From the NCBI GenBank assembly GCA_032718475.1, contig JAUCBJ010008329.1, positions 1 to 53,540 of the forward strand: a DNA stretch of 53,540 bases, read 5' to 3'. Positions 9,904 through 21,480 of the stretch are shown here, piece after piece; position 1 is the first letter of the stretch; every line of letters begins with the position of its first letter. The translations under genes and the position numbers were made by a program. The notes under the pieces were generated by a model. It was not told the DNA's origin. It did no database searches and worked only from the letters and a program-made list of their open reading frames with translations. The stretch is from Nemertoderma westbladi. Lineage: Eukaryota; Animalia; Xenacoelomorpha.

Positions 9904-12900
9904 CTAATAATAATAATAAATAAACCATTCACTGAAAAAAATATTACATATTTCTGTTACTATGTTGCAAATTTCATCTACGCCGTTATTAAAAAATTCT
10001 ACAAAAGTATCAAATTTACTTCCTACGTATTTGTTTCTTACATTGGCCGTTCGAGGGCAATCTTGTAAAACGTTTAATTCAGTTTGCAAGTCGTTGCCGC
10101 ATGAGCAAAGACGCTGTTCGCGGGGGGTTCGCGACCAACGGCCCATCTCAATGCGGAGACGATGTGAGCTCTATCTAAAACGAGACACATTTACTCGTTT
10201 ATAGTCGGGAATGTAACATGAGCTTTTACCGTAAATTGCATGCACAGTTAACTGGGGATTTAACTCTGTGTATATTTTAAACTTACTTATAATTGTGGCC
10301 ATTTCTAGTACATTATTTTTAACCTTTACACGACTATTATTAACTATATCCCTATGATTATTCACAAGCCCGTCTAAAAATCTATAATAGGGCGTGTTTT
10401 CGGTTCAACACATGTCATAACTACGCTTCAATGGATCTGAAGCGTCCCAAATTGACATCTGTTTGAGAAACGACTTTCTAATAGCGTTATCGATTACCGC
10501 GTCAACATCAGCTAAACCCAACTCCACTAAACATAGTAAGTTTGGCGTTGTAATTCGTACATTTAATAAGATTTTGACCAAACGTATATACATATTACGT
10601 ATTGGTTTCCTACCTACAATGGAAAGCCACGTATCAGATGAATACAAAATGGAAGCCAGTATTGCACAATTAAACACTTTCAGTTTTAACTGAAATGGCA
10701 TGTTACTGTTAACAGCACAGAAAATTTAGAATTTTCGTACATGTTTCTCGCATTCTTTTGCATGGTATTGCAAACATGATGACAATTTGCCATCCTGCGT
10801 AAATATAGCCCCGAGATACACATAAGTATCTGTATTTTTTATCACATTGCCTTCAGCACATAAAGGTTCTCTGTCTGCGTGGCTACCGTTTATCACCCTA
10901 AACTTTGTTTTATCTACATTAATAATCATATTATGTGCTTTACAGAAATCGCACAAAATTTGTAGCTTTTGCAAACAACGTTGACAGGTAGAGGCAAAAA
11001 TAGCGGTGTCATCCATAAAAAGTAAGGCATGGATAGTAGATAAATAATCGTTACTACTACACAAGTTATTAAACAATATAATTAATGCATCTATATATAA
11101 TGTAAACAGGAATAAACTGGATGGATATACCTGGCGGAGGACGCCTGTGCTTACATTTATATCGGTGTGATTTAGCTGTAGGTATGTATGCCTATATACC
11201 GCGCGAATTGCGTTTATCATATTTAACCCGCATCCGAGTGATATAAGTTTACTTATAAGGATTACTCTTGATACCCTGTCGTATGCTTTGGAGAAATCCA
11301 CGTATAATATAAATAATTTCACTTTCTTAACCCTCACATAGTCTATCAACAAACGTATTGCCAGTATATGTTCGTAGCATGAGCGACCCTTTTGACCTCC
11401 TGCCTGCGCCCTGTTTGGTTTTGTCCACCTCGATAACCTCGATCCTAATATATAGTTGTATACTTTCGCTAAGGAATCGGATATCGAAATCCCTCGATAA
11501 TTGTCGCACATTAAAGGGTTCCCCTTCTTTTATAATATGCAGAGTTTGTTGTACGTCCAACTCGCTGGGAGCGCAGCGGCATGGAATATGGTGTTAATAA
11601 TCATTGTTATGAAGATAACTACGCTCACCGGAAGATCTTTTAATAACTTGGGGGATAATCCCGTTGCACCTTTATTCGCTTTCAGCTGATTTAGTGCATC
11701 GTCTACTTCGTCTGGTTTAATGTCGTCTTCCAGTAATGGGATGTATGGAGCGCCCGATATATCTATGTTTTCATAATCTTCCTGCGCCTTCACATCAGTT
11801 AACAACTTCTCAAAGTGTTCGCGAAACTCGTCGTCGGCTGGGCGTTCTGATATACTCGAGTCTTTGATTTCCCCACTCCACCCGATCGCTTTCCAAACGG
11901 CTTTTGGGTCGTGGTTATTTAAGAGCGACTCCCACCGACTGTAGCTAGTAGTAGGACTACGTGCTTTCTTCTTTTCTGATTTAGATAGCGCCGAATTCAT
12001 TGCATTGTTTAATGTATCTGATAAGAACCCTAATGCTGCGTGCGGATCTGTAACAGTTGGGAAATTGGTTGCTTCCAAGGTAACTTTGAACTTTCTCTTA
12101 TCTATCACTTTAGAGTAAGGAATGCGAACATTACCGACGTTTATTTTTGAAACCTCCATTTAATTATTGTCGTATGAGGAGGCACCCAACTCGTTTGATC
12201 TCCTAATTAACTCCGTCCAGTTAGTAGAGTTTCCAGTTATGTCAAAAGTTAATTCTAACGGTGCATGTTCTGATGGGAAATTGCGATTTTGATTTACGAA
12301 TAAAGTAACTTTATCAGAACCTACCATATTACTAGGAATGAGACATAAATCAATCTGACTTATCCAGGTATCCTTTCTATGGAATGTATAGTCCTCAGGT
12401 AGTGGTGGTCTATTGTTTAAAATACTCATATTACTGTCCTCGCAGATTTTCTCAATCGCCTTGCCATGCACATTGAATGGCTTATATGTGTGGGAATTGA
12501 AATCTCCAAATATAATATTATTTTCCTGCGAAGAGGAAGCCATACAGAGTGACTGTATAACCCCCAGAGCAGCTTCTGTGAAATATGATGAATCCCTAGG
12601 CTCCACATATCCTCCGCATAAAGTGCAATCCTTCATAATATTCAGGTTCAGAGAAATGAAACCTTTCTTATCACAGGACAGTTTATTAATTGCGTTAACT
12701 AAACCGTGCTTCACAAGTAGTGCGACCCCTCCTCGGTGCGAGGCCTCTGCGGGCTGGGATATACCTTAAATCCAGGTACAGAACGAAAGGTACTTGTTTT
12801 TGTTTCATATAACCATATTAAATCGAAGTCTGTTACATACTTTAGAACTCGATCAGTTTCCAGTTTATCTCTAATCCCTCCTACATTCCAAGATAAAACT

Positions 12901-12915
12901 TTAATCTTAGAATAT
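9904..12915 (-). pseudogene. LINE ORF2 (APE endonuclease-RT-CCHC-like), disrupted
   Basis: LKILSWNVGG...YETK, GDFNS, IDLCL and SEHAP (endonuclease); NYRGIS, DFSKAYD and FMDDT (RT); IEMGRWSRTPREQRLCSC at the C-terminus. Confidence 0.9.
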
Positions 12916-12944
12916 TCAGTATTAATTCCCTTGCCGTGACCCCA

Positions 12945-13711
12945 TCAAACATTATAAACAGGATTATACCGGTCTATCACAATCCCCTCTCTGTACACCA
13001 TGCCCGCTCTCATATCGTAGTATATGTTACACCCCTGATTCGCTGGTTTCTCCTTCTCCTTGTTTACCACTCCCCATAATCTTCCATGCTCCCTGCGAAC
13101 CGCCGGGTGAACATCTGGCTTTATGTAAACCTTGGTAAGCCTTTCAATGTCTTTCAGCTTCTTTGAGTTAGAGAGAACGGTACTACGTATACGTCAGTCA
13201 GTAAACGTCAGTAGAATCGGTCTAGGTCGACGAGTACCATCTTCCCCTTGATCCGGGGCTCTGCCAAGACGTTTAAATTGTGGTGCAGCATTAGTGCACC
13301 CTACCGCGTCAAACAACTACTTCGTTTTCCCGGTGGGTCATCGTCGCCCAGCTCGTCAGGAGTTTCGGGTAAACCCAAAACTACTGCTTTAAAGGCCCGG
13401 GTCTCCGCATCTATAGATTTGAGGTACCTCTGTTGGTTTCTTATTACCCCATAACATGAGTTAACTTCGTCGTGAAGTTTACTGATCTCTTTACTGTACT
13501 TATCTTCGAAGTAGTCCTTCAAACCTCGGATTTCCTTTATTATATCCGGAGTTTCTACCGATATTGATTGATTTTGATCTGCTGTTTCCTCCGCTGTAGA
13601 CTGTAAAATATTGCGAATAATCATCACCAAATCATCCTTCTTGTATTTTGCAATTCTTGTATCGCCTACGTCTCGTAACTGCACCATTGTCGCCGGTATA
13701 GCATCCGCCAT
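12945..13711 (-). pseudogene. LINE ORF1 (coiled coil plus RRM-like region), frameshifted
   Basis: EISKLHDEVN coiled coil and VVLGLPE, followed by PRPILLTF and IKPDVHPAVRREHGRL in shifted frames. Confidence 0.75.
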
Positions 13712-13984
13712 TATGAATATGATTTTAGTACAAGCTAGGCTATTACCGTACTATCCCGGTATACCAGTAGTATACAATCTTGCAGCCGTATTCCAGTAGG
13801 CCTAATATACACGCATGCATCTCGAACAAAATTGACATTTACAATTCGATCTATTACAGACTTCCATGTACACTGTTTTGAAAATTACAATACGTACAGA
13901 ACTCGGCTGCTCGATTAGTCGCAGGTGTAAAGAAGCGACACCACATAAGACCAACTTTATTGGTTACCTGTACGTACACTACTG

Positions 13985-14340
13985 CTGAATCAAATACAGT
14001 ATAAAATCGAGGTAATACCCTTTAAATGCATACATTGGACAGCACCGGCATATCTCTCGAAAAGCCTGAACCCATACACACTGTCTAGAAATCTACGGTC
14101 TAGCGAGGGTGGAATGCTAACGATCCCGCGATTTCGGCTTAATGACTATTCACTACGGTGTTTTCGGTGTCGCCCCCTACTATTTGGAAAAATTCGTTTC
14201 CACAAGAACTGCGCGATGCTCAAACCCTAGCAATTTTTAAAACTAAATTAAAAACACATATTTTTAACCTAGAATATAATAATTGATAATATTATATAAG
14301 GGTAAAGAAAGAATTCTTAATCAATAACTTTTTTAAATGT
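13985..14340 (+). pseudogene. L2-type LINE 3' end fragment
   Basis: QYKIEVIPFKCIHWTAPAYL...SRNLRSS, and frameshifted PQELRDAQTLAIFKTKLKTHIF. Confidence 0.75.
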
Positions 14341-14399
14341 TTAATTTAGCATTGAGCACTTTAAATTGGGGTGCGCCCTTGTTTTATTGTTTTCCCATT

Positions 14400-15465
14400 C
14401 AACATTTCTGTTCAACTACCGGTTTTAAACAGTACATTCACAATGTAACCCGCCCATCCTCATATACTTGTCTAGATCTAATGTTTACAGACCTTCACTC
14501 TCTAGTTTTGGGATCTAATACCCTACCGCAACTTACATATGACAGCTCTACATTACCAATCTCTGACCATCAACCCGTTTGTTTGTCACTTACTTGCGAT
14601 GTCAGTAGGCCTCCTTTATATTCCAGAACAATTTATAATTACGACGGCGCCGACTGGATTGGTTTTAATTCTTTTTTGGAAAGTGTAAATTTTGAACAAG
14701 AGTTTGCTGTAAGAAATCCAGATACTGTTGTAGATAAATTAAATAATTGTCTCACTGAGGGCATATCCTGCTATTTTGGTAGGAGATTTTGGTAGGTAGG
14801 TTTGGAGTATTTAACCAAAAAGTGCCCTAGGGGAGTATCCTTGGACCACTTCTGTTTATCATATATTTTAGCGATCTTGTTGACGTCCTTAATTCAACCA
14901 CAGCTCTTTTTGCAGATGATACTTCTATGTATACACGTATTCAACATCCCTTTTTGAGATCCACATTCCTCAACTCAGACCTATCAGCACTTCATGACCG
15001 GGCTACTAAATGGCTGGTGACTTTCAATAAAATGAAACCAGTTGTTATGACAATGTCTGGAAATATCCCTTTCCAATCATTTCCTCTCTCTCCCCTGATG
15101 GTACGTCACTTCCAGTAGTTGACGACCACGGGCATTTAGGTGTAACTTTCTCCAGTTCCTTTCAGTTCAAAAACTATATCCAGCAACTTCTTGAGAGTGT
15201 TTCCTGCTCTATTGCAGCTCTTAAAAAGTCTAAGTATTTCTTGCCAAAGTCAACGATAATTTCGATCTATAAGTCATTTATCCTGCCCAAGCTAGAGTAT
15301 GCAAATCCGGTTTGGTGTAACCTTACAGAAGAGTTATCTGATATGCTCAACAACGTTGAGCTCGAGGTATTGCGCATAGCAACTGGTGCGCCTTCTAGAA
15401 CCCAACATTCGAAACTATACAATGAGTGTGGAATTCAAAATCTTTCTGACAGATGGACTGCTAAT
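14400..15465 (+). pseudogene. CR1-group LINE ORF2, part 1 (internally deleted)
   Basis: TRPSSYTCLDLMFTD and SDHQPV (endonuclease); SILGPLLFIIY and LFADDTS (RT); YKSFILPKLEYANPVW. Confidence 0.85.
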
Positions 15466-16826
15466 GGTATTACTACACCTTGGGTCACACCTACGAAATT
15501 TTTTTTTAATACATAAATAGGTTATTTAAAATACTAATATTGTTCTACAATGTATATTAATAAATAGATAATTGTTCTAGAATGTATATTAACAGTTAGT
15601 TAATTGGATACTCTTGCTTTACTAATTCAATAAGGTCGTTAAACGGTGAACGTTTGTGAAGCATCCTCCACCGATACTCATCTAGGTGACTTTGAAGTAA
15701 ATTCAATCTAGTGCCTTTCCGTTGCTTCATTATCATAAGTTTGGCATGTCCCCATAATCCTTCTATAAGTTGCGTGTTCGCTCCGGTGATCTGGTCTACG
15801 AATCTACCACGCCCCTTCCTACTGTGGTTTACGTGTTTGTGGAAGTATTTACCGCTACTGTCACAGGCTTTCCATGGAAAACGTTTGCTAGTTATCCCAA
15901 CAGTTTTGCCGCAGTATGCAGCCCATTCGTCGCTAATTATCGTTGTACCACCTTTGACATTGCTCTCTAGAATCGGACGCAAGGTTCTCATGTTCCTTCT
16001 TTTAACTATGAACATTCTAACGTCTACTTCTCGATCCGGTCGCTTCCAAGCTATGCGAAAAATCCAGGGTCCAACAACCATAGTACCATAATTGTTAGAT
16101 CTAGTTCCTACAACCTTATGTTTTATCTTTCGATTACGCTTTTTGAAAGGTACATCTCCTAGAAGTCTTCGCCCACGTTTATATTTTCTTCTTCCACGAA
16201 ACAATGATTCGTCGATTTGTACTGTTTCCCCAACTCCCCCCATTAGCTCAGCGTTATCTTTGTCTTTTGCGAACAGCTCTCTAATGTAATTTTGCCAATC
16301 CACTATCTTAGTCATAGACTTTCCTACCAGTCCATCAAGCAATCGTAGTGTGACTCTAGCGGACATGTTGATTATAAAAAAGAACATGATCCAGAAAATT
16401 TGCTCCACAAGCAAATTAGAACTCGAACTGAACCACGTACCTTCACGACCCTAGGAAATCCATATCTCATTCTCCTCCAAATGTATGCACTATAAGTACA
16501 TCCTTCTGACTTACATGTTGATTCAGCGTTTGCTGAAGGTAACAATCCGGATGACTGTGCATAGTTAATTGCATTCTCTTCAGAGCATAATTTTGCACCA
16601 ATTTCCTTTATATTTAAATCATTCGACAATCTTAAATGTGAATGACGTGAAACGTCACTCATAGCGACAAAGTACTGTTATTCGACAGTTATGCACTTTG
16701 TGCAAGTGGTTATAATAAATATAAAACATTCTAGAATTCAATTACTATTGTTGCAGTATGCTTAAAACACTATAAAACATGCTTATAATTAAATTTGTCA
16801 GGTGTAACCCAAGGTGTAGTAATACC
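15466..16826 (-). mobile_element. Merlin (IS1016/ISXO2-like) DNA transposon, 1361 bp
   Basis: 27-bp TIR GGTATTACTACACCTTGGGTCACACCT / AGGTGTAACCCAAGGTGTAGTAATACC and a perfect 8-bp TSD CTGCTAAT (15458-15465, 16827-16834). Confidence 0.95.
15596..16662 (-). pseudogene. Merlin DDE transposase, split by a frameshift near 16400
   Basis: VQIDES, RRKYKRGR, IISDEWAAY, HKHVNHS, NTQLIEGLW and HLDEYRWR. The N-terminal Cys-containing part is in ORF 16372-16662. Confidence 0.92.
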
Positions 16827-17477
16827 CTGCTAATTGCCTTCTTTATTTCTATAAAATTATTCATGGAATGGCCCCTGAGTACTTGAAACGTCGTATTCCT
16901 CCTACCGTTGGCCAGACTTCAAACTATCATTACTCTCTTCGGAATAATAATGACATCGCACTCCCCATTATACAGAAGGAACTCTATGCGAGATCATTTT
17001 TTCCGCACACTATTAATTATTGGAATAATCTACCTAGTAGCATCAGGCAACTATCGCGAAATGTTTCCTCTTCTCAAAGTTAACAAATAACACTACTTAG
17101 CTGATCGTTTTACAGAGGTAATTCTCTGTCAACTACGCCTAAATTGTAGTAACAATGTGTTGGCAAGCTGTAAAGCCAATAAAAGATAAGTTATTTTCGG
17201 TAAAATAAACTTATCATTCGAGGTTAAGACCCCTAGATCCCTTCCTATAATAAATGTAAATTGTAGTACTCTTGCATCTGATATGGTAAAGCGATACCTA
17301 AATGATTCAACTGAATGCACCTCTTGTGGCCACTCTTGTGAGGATTCCGAGCACTATCTTATCTTTTGTCCAGCATATCAATTTCCTCGCTCTAAATTAT
17401 TATTATTTTTGTCCTCAAATTCAATTCCACTTGCTGTATCTTCTCTTTTGCATGGTCATAATGTTCTTCCCTCTCTC
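16827..17477 (+). pseudogene. CR1-group LINE ORF2, part 2
   Basis: Resumes right after the Merlin TSD with LYFYKIIHGMAPEYL, SFFPHTINYWNNLP and CTSCGHSCEDSEHYLIFC. Confidence 0.85.
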
Positions 17478-17994
17478 TAGTCCGGCAGCCACGTACCTCT
17501 TTTTGGCCCAACCGAAAATTTTTGGACGGATTACATTTTTTGGATGGTTCGGTGTCTATGGGTCCCTCTTAACATAAAAAAGTGGTTTATGGACTTTGAC
17601 ACCTTGGGCAATTTGAATTAATGACCCGTTTCTATGGACTACAGAAATTTCTTTGAAAGATTAGCAATCAGAATGGCGATTATCTGTTCGGCTTGAACTG
17701 GTTGTAATTTTGATTGAAAATATGAAAATTTTAGAGAAACTATTGAAGTGTTGCTATGGTAACGAAGGCACTACAACTATCGCTGTATCTTTCCAAATGA
17801 AAACTACCGGTACTATGCTTAATGATATATTTGTTTTTTGGTTCGTCTGTGCACTTTGTTAATAATGTTTTTCCCTAAATATTATGCACCACATCAATTT
17901 TGTGTAGAAGTATGGTTGGCAACAAATACCCGTATTCATGGAAACTACAGTAATTTATATATTATTCATTGTTTGATTATAATATAATATTAGA

Positions 17995-20900
17995 TTACGA
18001 AATGTTTGCGCATGAATCTTTATTGCAATTGCAGAATTCTGAGCAATCAGTTTGGTTTTTTCTGCAGGTGCACTTCTGCGATTTACAAGGGATTTTGGAA
18101 GAACAGCTACACCGAATTAATTGCAAAATGCATTCCGGAGCTGGTGGTATGCCCTCAGGTATTGCAATCGGGGAAAGTTGATTGTTGGCTATTCTCCACC
18201 CATATTCTCTGGGGTCTACACTAGGTGGTCTAATTTCCATTGTGTTCTTCCACACCATTACTTGCAAATGGGCTCTTTCACGTTCTCTGTGAAGGATTCA
18301 GTGGTTGGTGGTATTGTTTGCAGCTTTGCACAGCTGGTGATTGTTTTTTCTGTCCACATCTTTTGTCTTAACTGGCTCATGTTGTCTGAGGCATATCCAT
18401 AGCAGTCAGAAATAAAGTTGGTACATTTATTTAAGACTGTAGATTGCGGTGCTTCCATTTCTCCCAAACAAGAAAGAGTGAGTCCTTTCTCCAAAGCCTT
18501 GATGACTTTAGCTTTGCCAATCCCAAACATACTCGCAACAGTGTCACACCCAGATAACGCATGGCCTCCCAAAAGATTTCCTATGATACCACGATGCATT
18601 TTTACTGTTTCTCCCACGTCTATCACTGCGGCACGGTTTTTTATCGGGGATTTTATGAAAATTGAATTGGTTATACTTTCCTTCAAATAAAAATGTAATA
18701 ATAGAACAAATACATCGGTATCGTCTGAGATAATGGCTATGCCAGCAGATGTTTCTTTGCACAAAGAAATTGACTGATGGACCAATATAACATCTGCCTC
18801 TTCATGATATATCTCAATGTCTTTCCGCTCACTATGGAAGCCAATGGAACTTATTTCGAATGGTACAGAATTTTGCCCGGTAACAACAAGAATGTTAGAG
18901 GAGTTTTCACTATGCAACTTTAAATTCGTCTTTAGTGCTTGACATATCATTTGTATGATTTGTTTCTTGTTAAAGGTTACAGTTAGAAGAACGTCCTTCG
19001 ATGGGAGCTTCAGATTTCCTTGAAGGTTATATTTTCTACATCCTGTGCTAACTCGCTTGCTTCTAGTAGCTGCCTTTGCACTTAAGTCATAGTATCTGTA
19101 AAACATATTTGAATTGAGAGATATGATATTCATTACTGTTAAAAAGTCAGTTTTATTCGTTGTAAAAGATCACATATCATTGTGTTAAAATTTCAGAATA
19201 GTAGCTATATAAATAAAAAAGTAGATTTGGGTAATGGTCCCCTGAATATTGTTATAGATTAATATTGTGTTCTATTGTACTTTTTTTATAATAAAAACTT
19301 TGATCACTTACTTACCTGTCAAAAACTAAGTACACATTACTTTTCTTCAGCATATTTCCCACATACTTCAAAAACGATGCAATAAAATCACCTACAGTCC
19401 CGTTTGTTGGCCAGGGTACCACCCACAGAACTGCTGACGCATCAACTACTTGGTAAGAAATATCCACTGTAATTTCAGGTATCTCAACTTTCAATCGGTT
19501 CTTTAAGTCACATTTAGAAGCAGCTGGACGCATATCTCCGTTTTCCAGAAACATTGAGAGTGGCACTGAAGACAGTTCATAAGAGAGTAGTGTTTCTCGT
19601 TTAATTGATATCCTGCTACTCTCTTGTAATGCAATATACCGCGAGTAGATCAACTCTGTATTAAATAGTTTTTTATCGCCCAATTTAATATGATGTTTAC
19701 TTTCCTCCATTGTAGTCACCTGGAGTTATAAATAAATGTTTTTATTATGTATTCTTTGGCACTAAATGGAATATGGGTTTAGTTATGGATATTTAGATGA
19801 ATAAATGTTAAAGGGCAGAAATCAACTCTCTCGCTACAGATAGGTGATGTTAGGGGGGAGGGGTTGTACTCTTTACGCAGACAAAATTTAAACCTCGGAA
19901 GAAAATCGTCACAATCACAATTAATGGCAAAAAAGAAGCATCAGGTTCAGGCATGAACATGCAACCTGTGTCTCTCCCTTATTTGTTTCGGTAGACTAGC
20001 GTACCTTTGTTTCCTGTTCCTTTCCCTTACTGTAATTGCTAAGTAACATAACATTGTTGATGGACTAATATGGGATGGCGATGCAAAAGACACTCAATAG
20101 TAACTTACCTTACGAGTAATGGGATTATGAAATCCATCTGGCCAACTTCTCTGAAATTCAATCATCTGCGAATGGCCTATGCTTATGGCTTCATCAACGT
20201 TCGTATTGGCAACATTGATAATTTTTCCTGAATAAATGTTAATGATCCCTGTCCTTGGGTGACTTTCTGGGTCAAGAGGGTTGATATAAAGCTCCAAATG
20301 CTGCTTTAATGAATTCCTATCAATGGTGTCACTATTAACCCTAGCGTTAAATTCTTCCTTATGAATAAGGTGGTCTTCATTTGAATTAATCTCCACCATT
20401 TCTGTGAGGCTCTGTACCAATGCACCAGTGGTGTGTAATGACAGTGACCATGTTTTTAATGCCTCAGGTTTTAAGGTAATACCAATAATACCTCCTTTAC
20501 TATTGCCATACCTCATGAATGTTGTTTCAATAAATTGATCGGACCAAATACCATTCCATAAACGTTGTCTATGTCTCATGACATGCTCACCTTTTACAAA
20601 CTTCTCACAGATTGACTTGGGTAAATTCTCCATTGATTTCAGGTAATATGAACAATATCGTGCGTAGTTTATGTGCGCAGCTGCAAAAAAATATGGAATC
20701 ATCAAGCGAATCGCTTCCAAGTGCAAGTACCAATCAGCCTACCGTTCTGCCCTCACAAACAACATCATTATGAATACTCCCTTTACGAATACATTCACCC
20801 ATAGCTTACATGTCCGGCTGCAGTTAGAGAGTTGTTCTAAAGAATCGTCTAAGTCATTGGATAGAATATTTATAGATAAAGCACTAAGTAGCACTTCTGC

Positions 20901-21246
20901 GAAAATGCGCATAGCGCGCATGTTCTGTGGAAACTTTTTCCCAGATAACATCTTCGAAACTCCGCCAAATACACACGATAGCACTTCAGAAAGGCTGGTT
21001 TCCACCATTAGACTTGTTGTTTTCTTTCATTTTCATTGACTGAACCAAATGAGATTTACGCCATCTTTCTGGATGTTTCTTATCTTTCTCCATCACGCAA
21101 ACAAATCCGCTTAAAAAGCACTCATTATCAAATTCAAATTGTGTGTTTTGGGTCCTTGTTCTTCTTTTACCATTATAATTACAACTATCTGCGTCTCCGC
21201 TACCATTATATTTACTACAACTATCAAAGTCTGCCGTCCTTTTCAT
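17995..21246 (-). pseudogene. Academ transposase-XPG-Cys8 gene, internally deleted, with two GT-AG introns (19720-20108 and 19096-19315)
   Basis: FFAAAHINYARY, WSDQFIETTFMR, HEEAD, SDDTDV and HALSGCDT...GIGK, plus a C-terminal CxC-rich domain. Splicing restores PITRK/VTTM and VFDR/YYD. Confidence 0.88.
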
Positions 21247-21480
21247 ATTTCTGAACGAGCAGCCAAAAATGGCCTCAATTGCTCAATTGTCACGTTTTTC
21301 TCATCAGGTGCAACAAATTTGCTAGCTAGTGTGCTACTGTGCCATGGGTGGCCATATATTACTACATTTTAACATGGTATAGCCTACCGTCTCTTAATTA
21401 TACTTGATATACACACTTTGGTACTACTGTAGTATGTCTACCCATAAACGAGTTTTTGCTTCTATAGCTATTTTTTGGTA

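Larger units (their letters stand above)
9810..13830 (-). mobile_element. Near-full-length decayed two-ORF LINE (Proto2/RTEX-like)
   Basis: ORF1, then APE endonuclease, RT and a C-terminal Cys/His motif, all collinear on the minus strand. AATAAA near 9823. Many stops and frameshifts. Confidence 0.85.
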
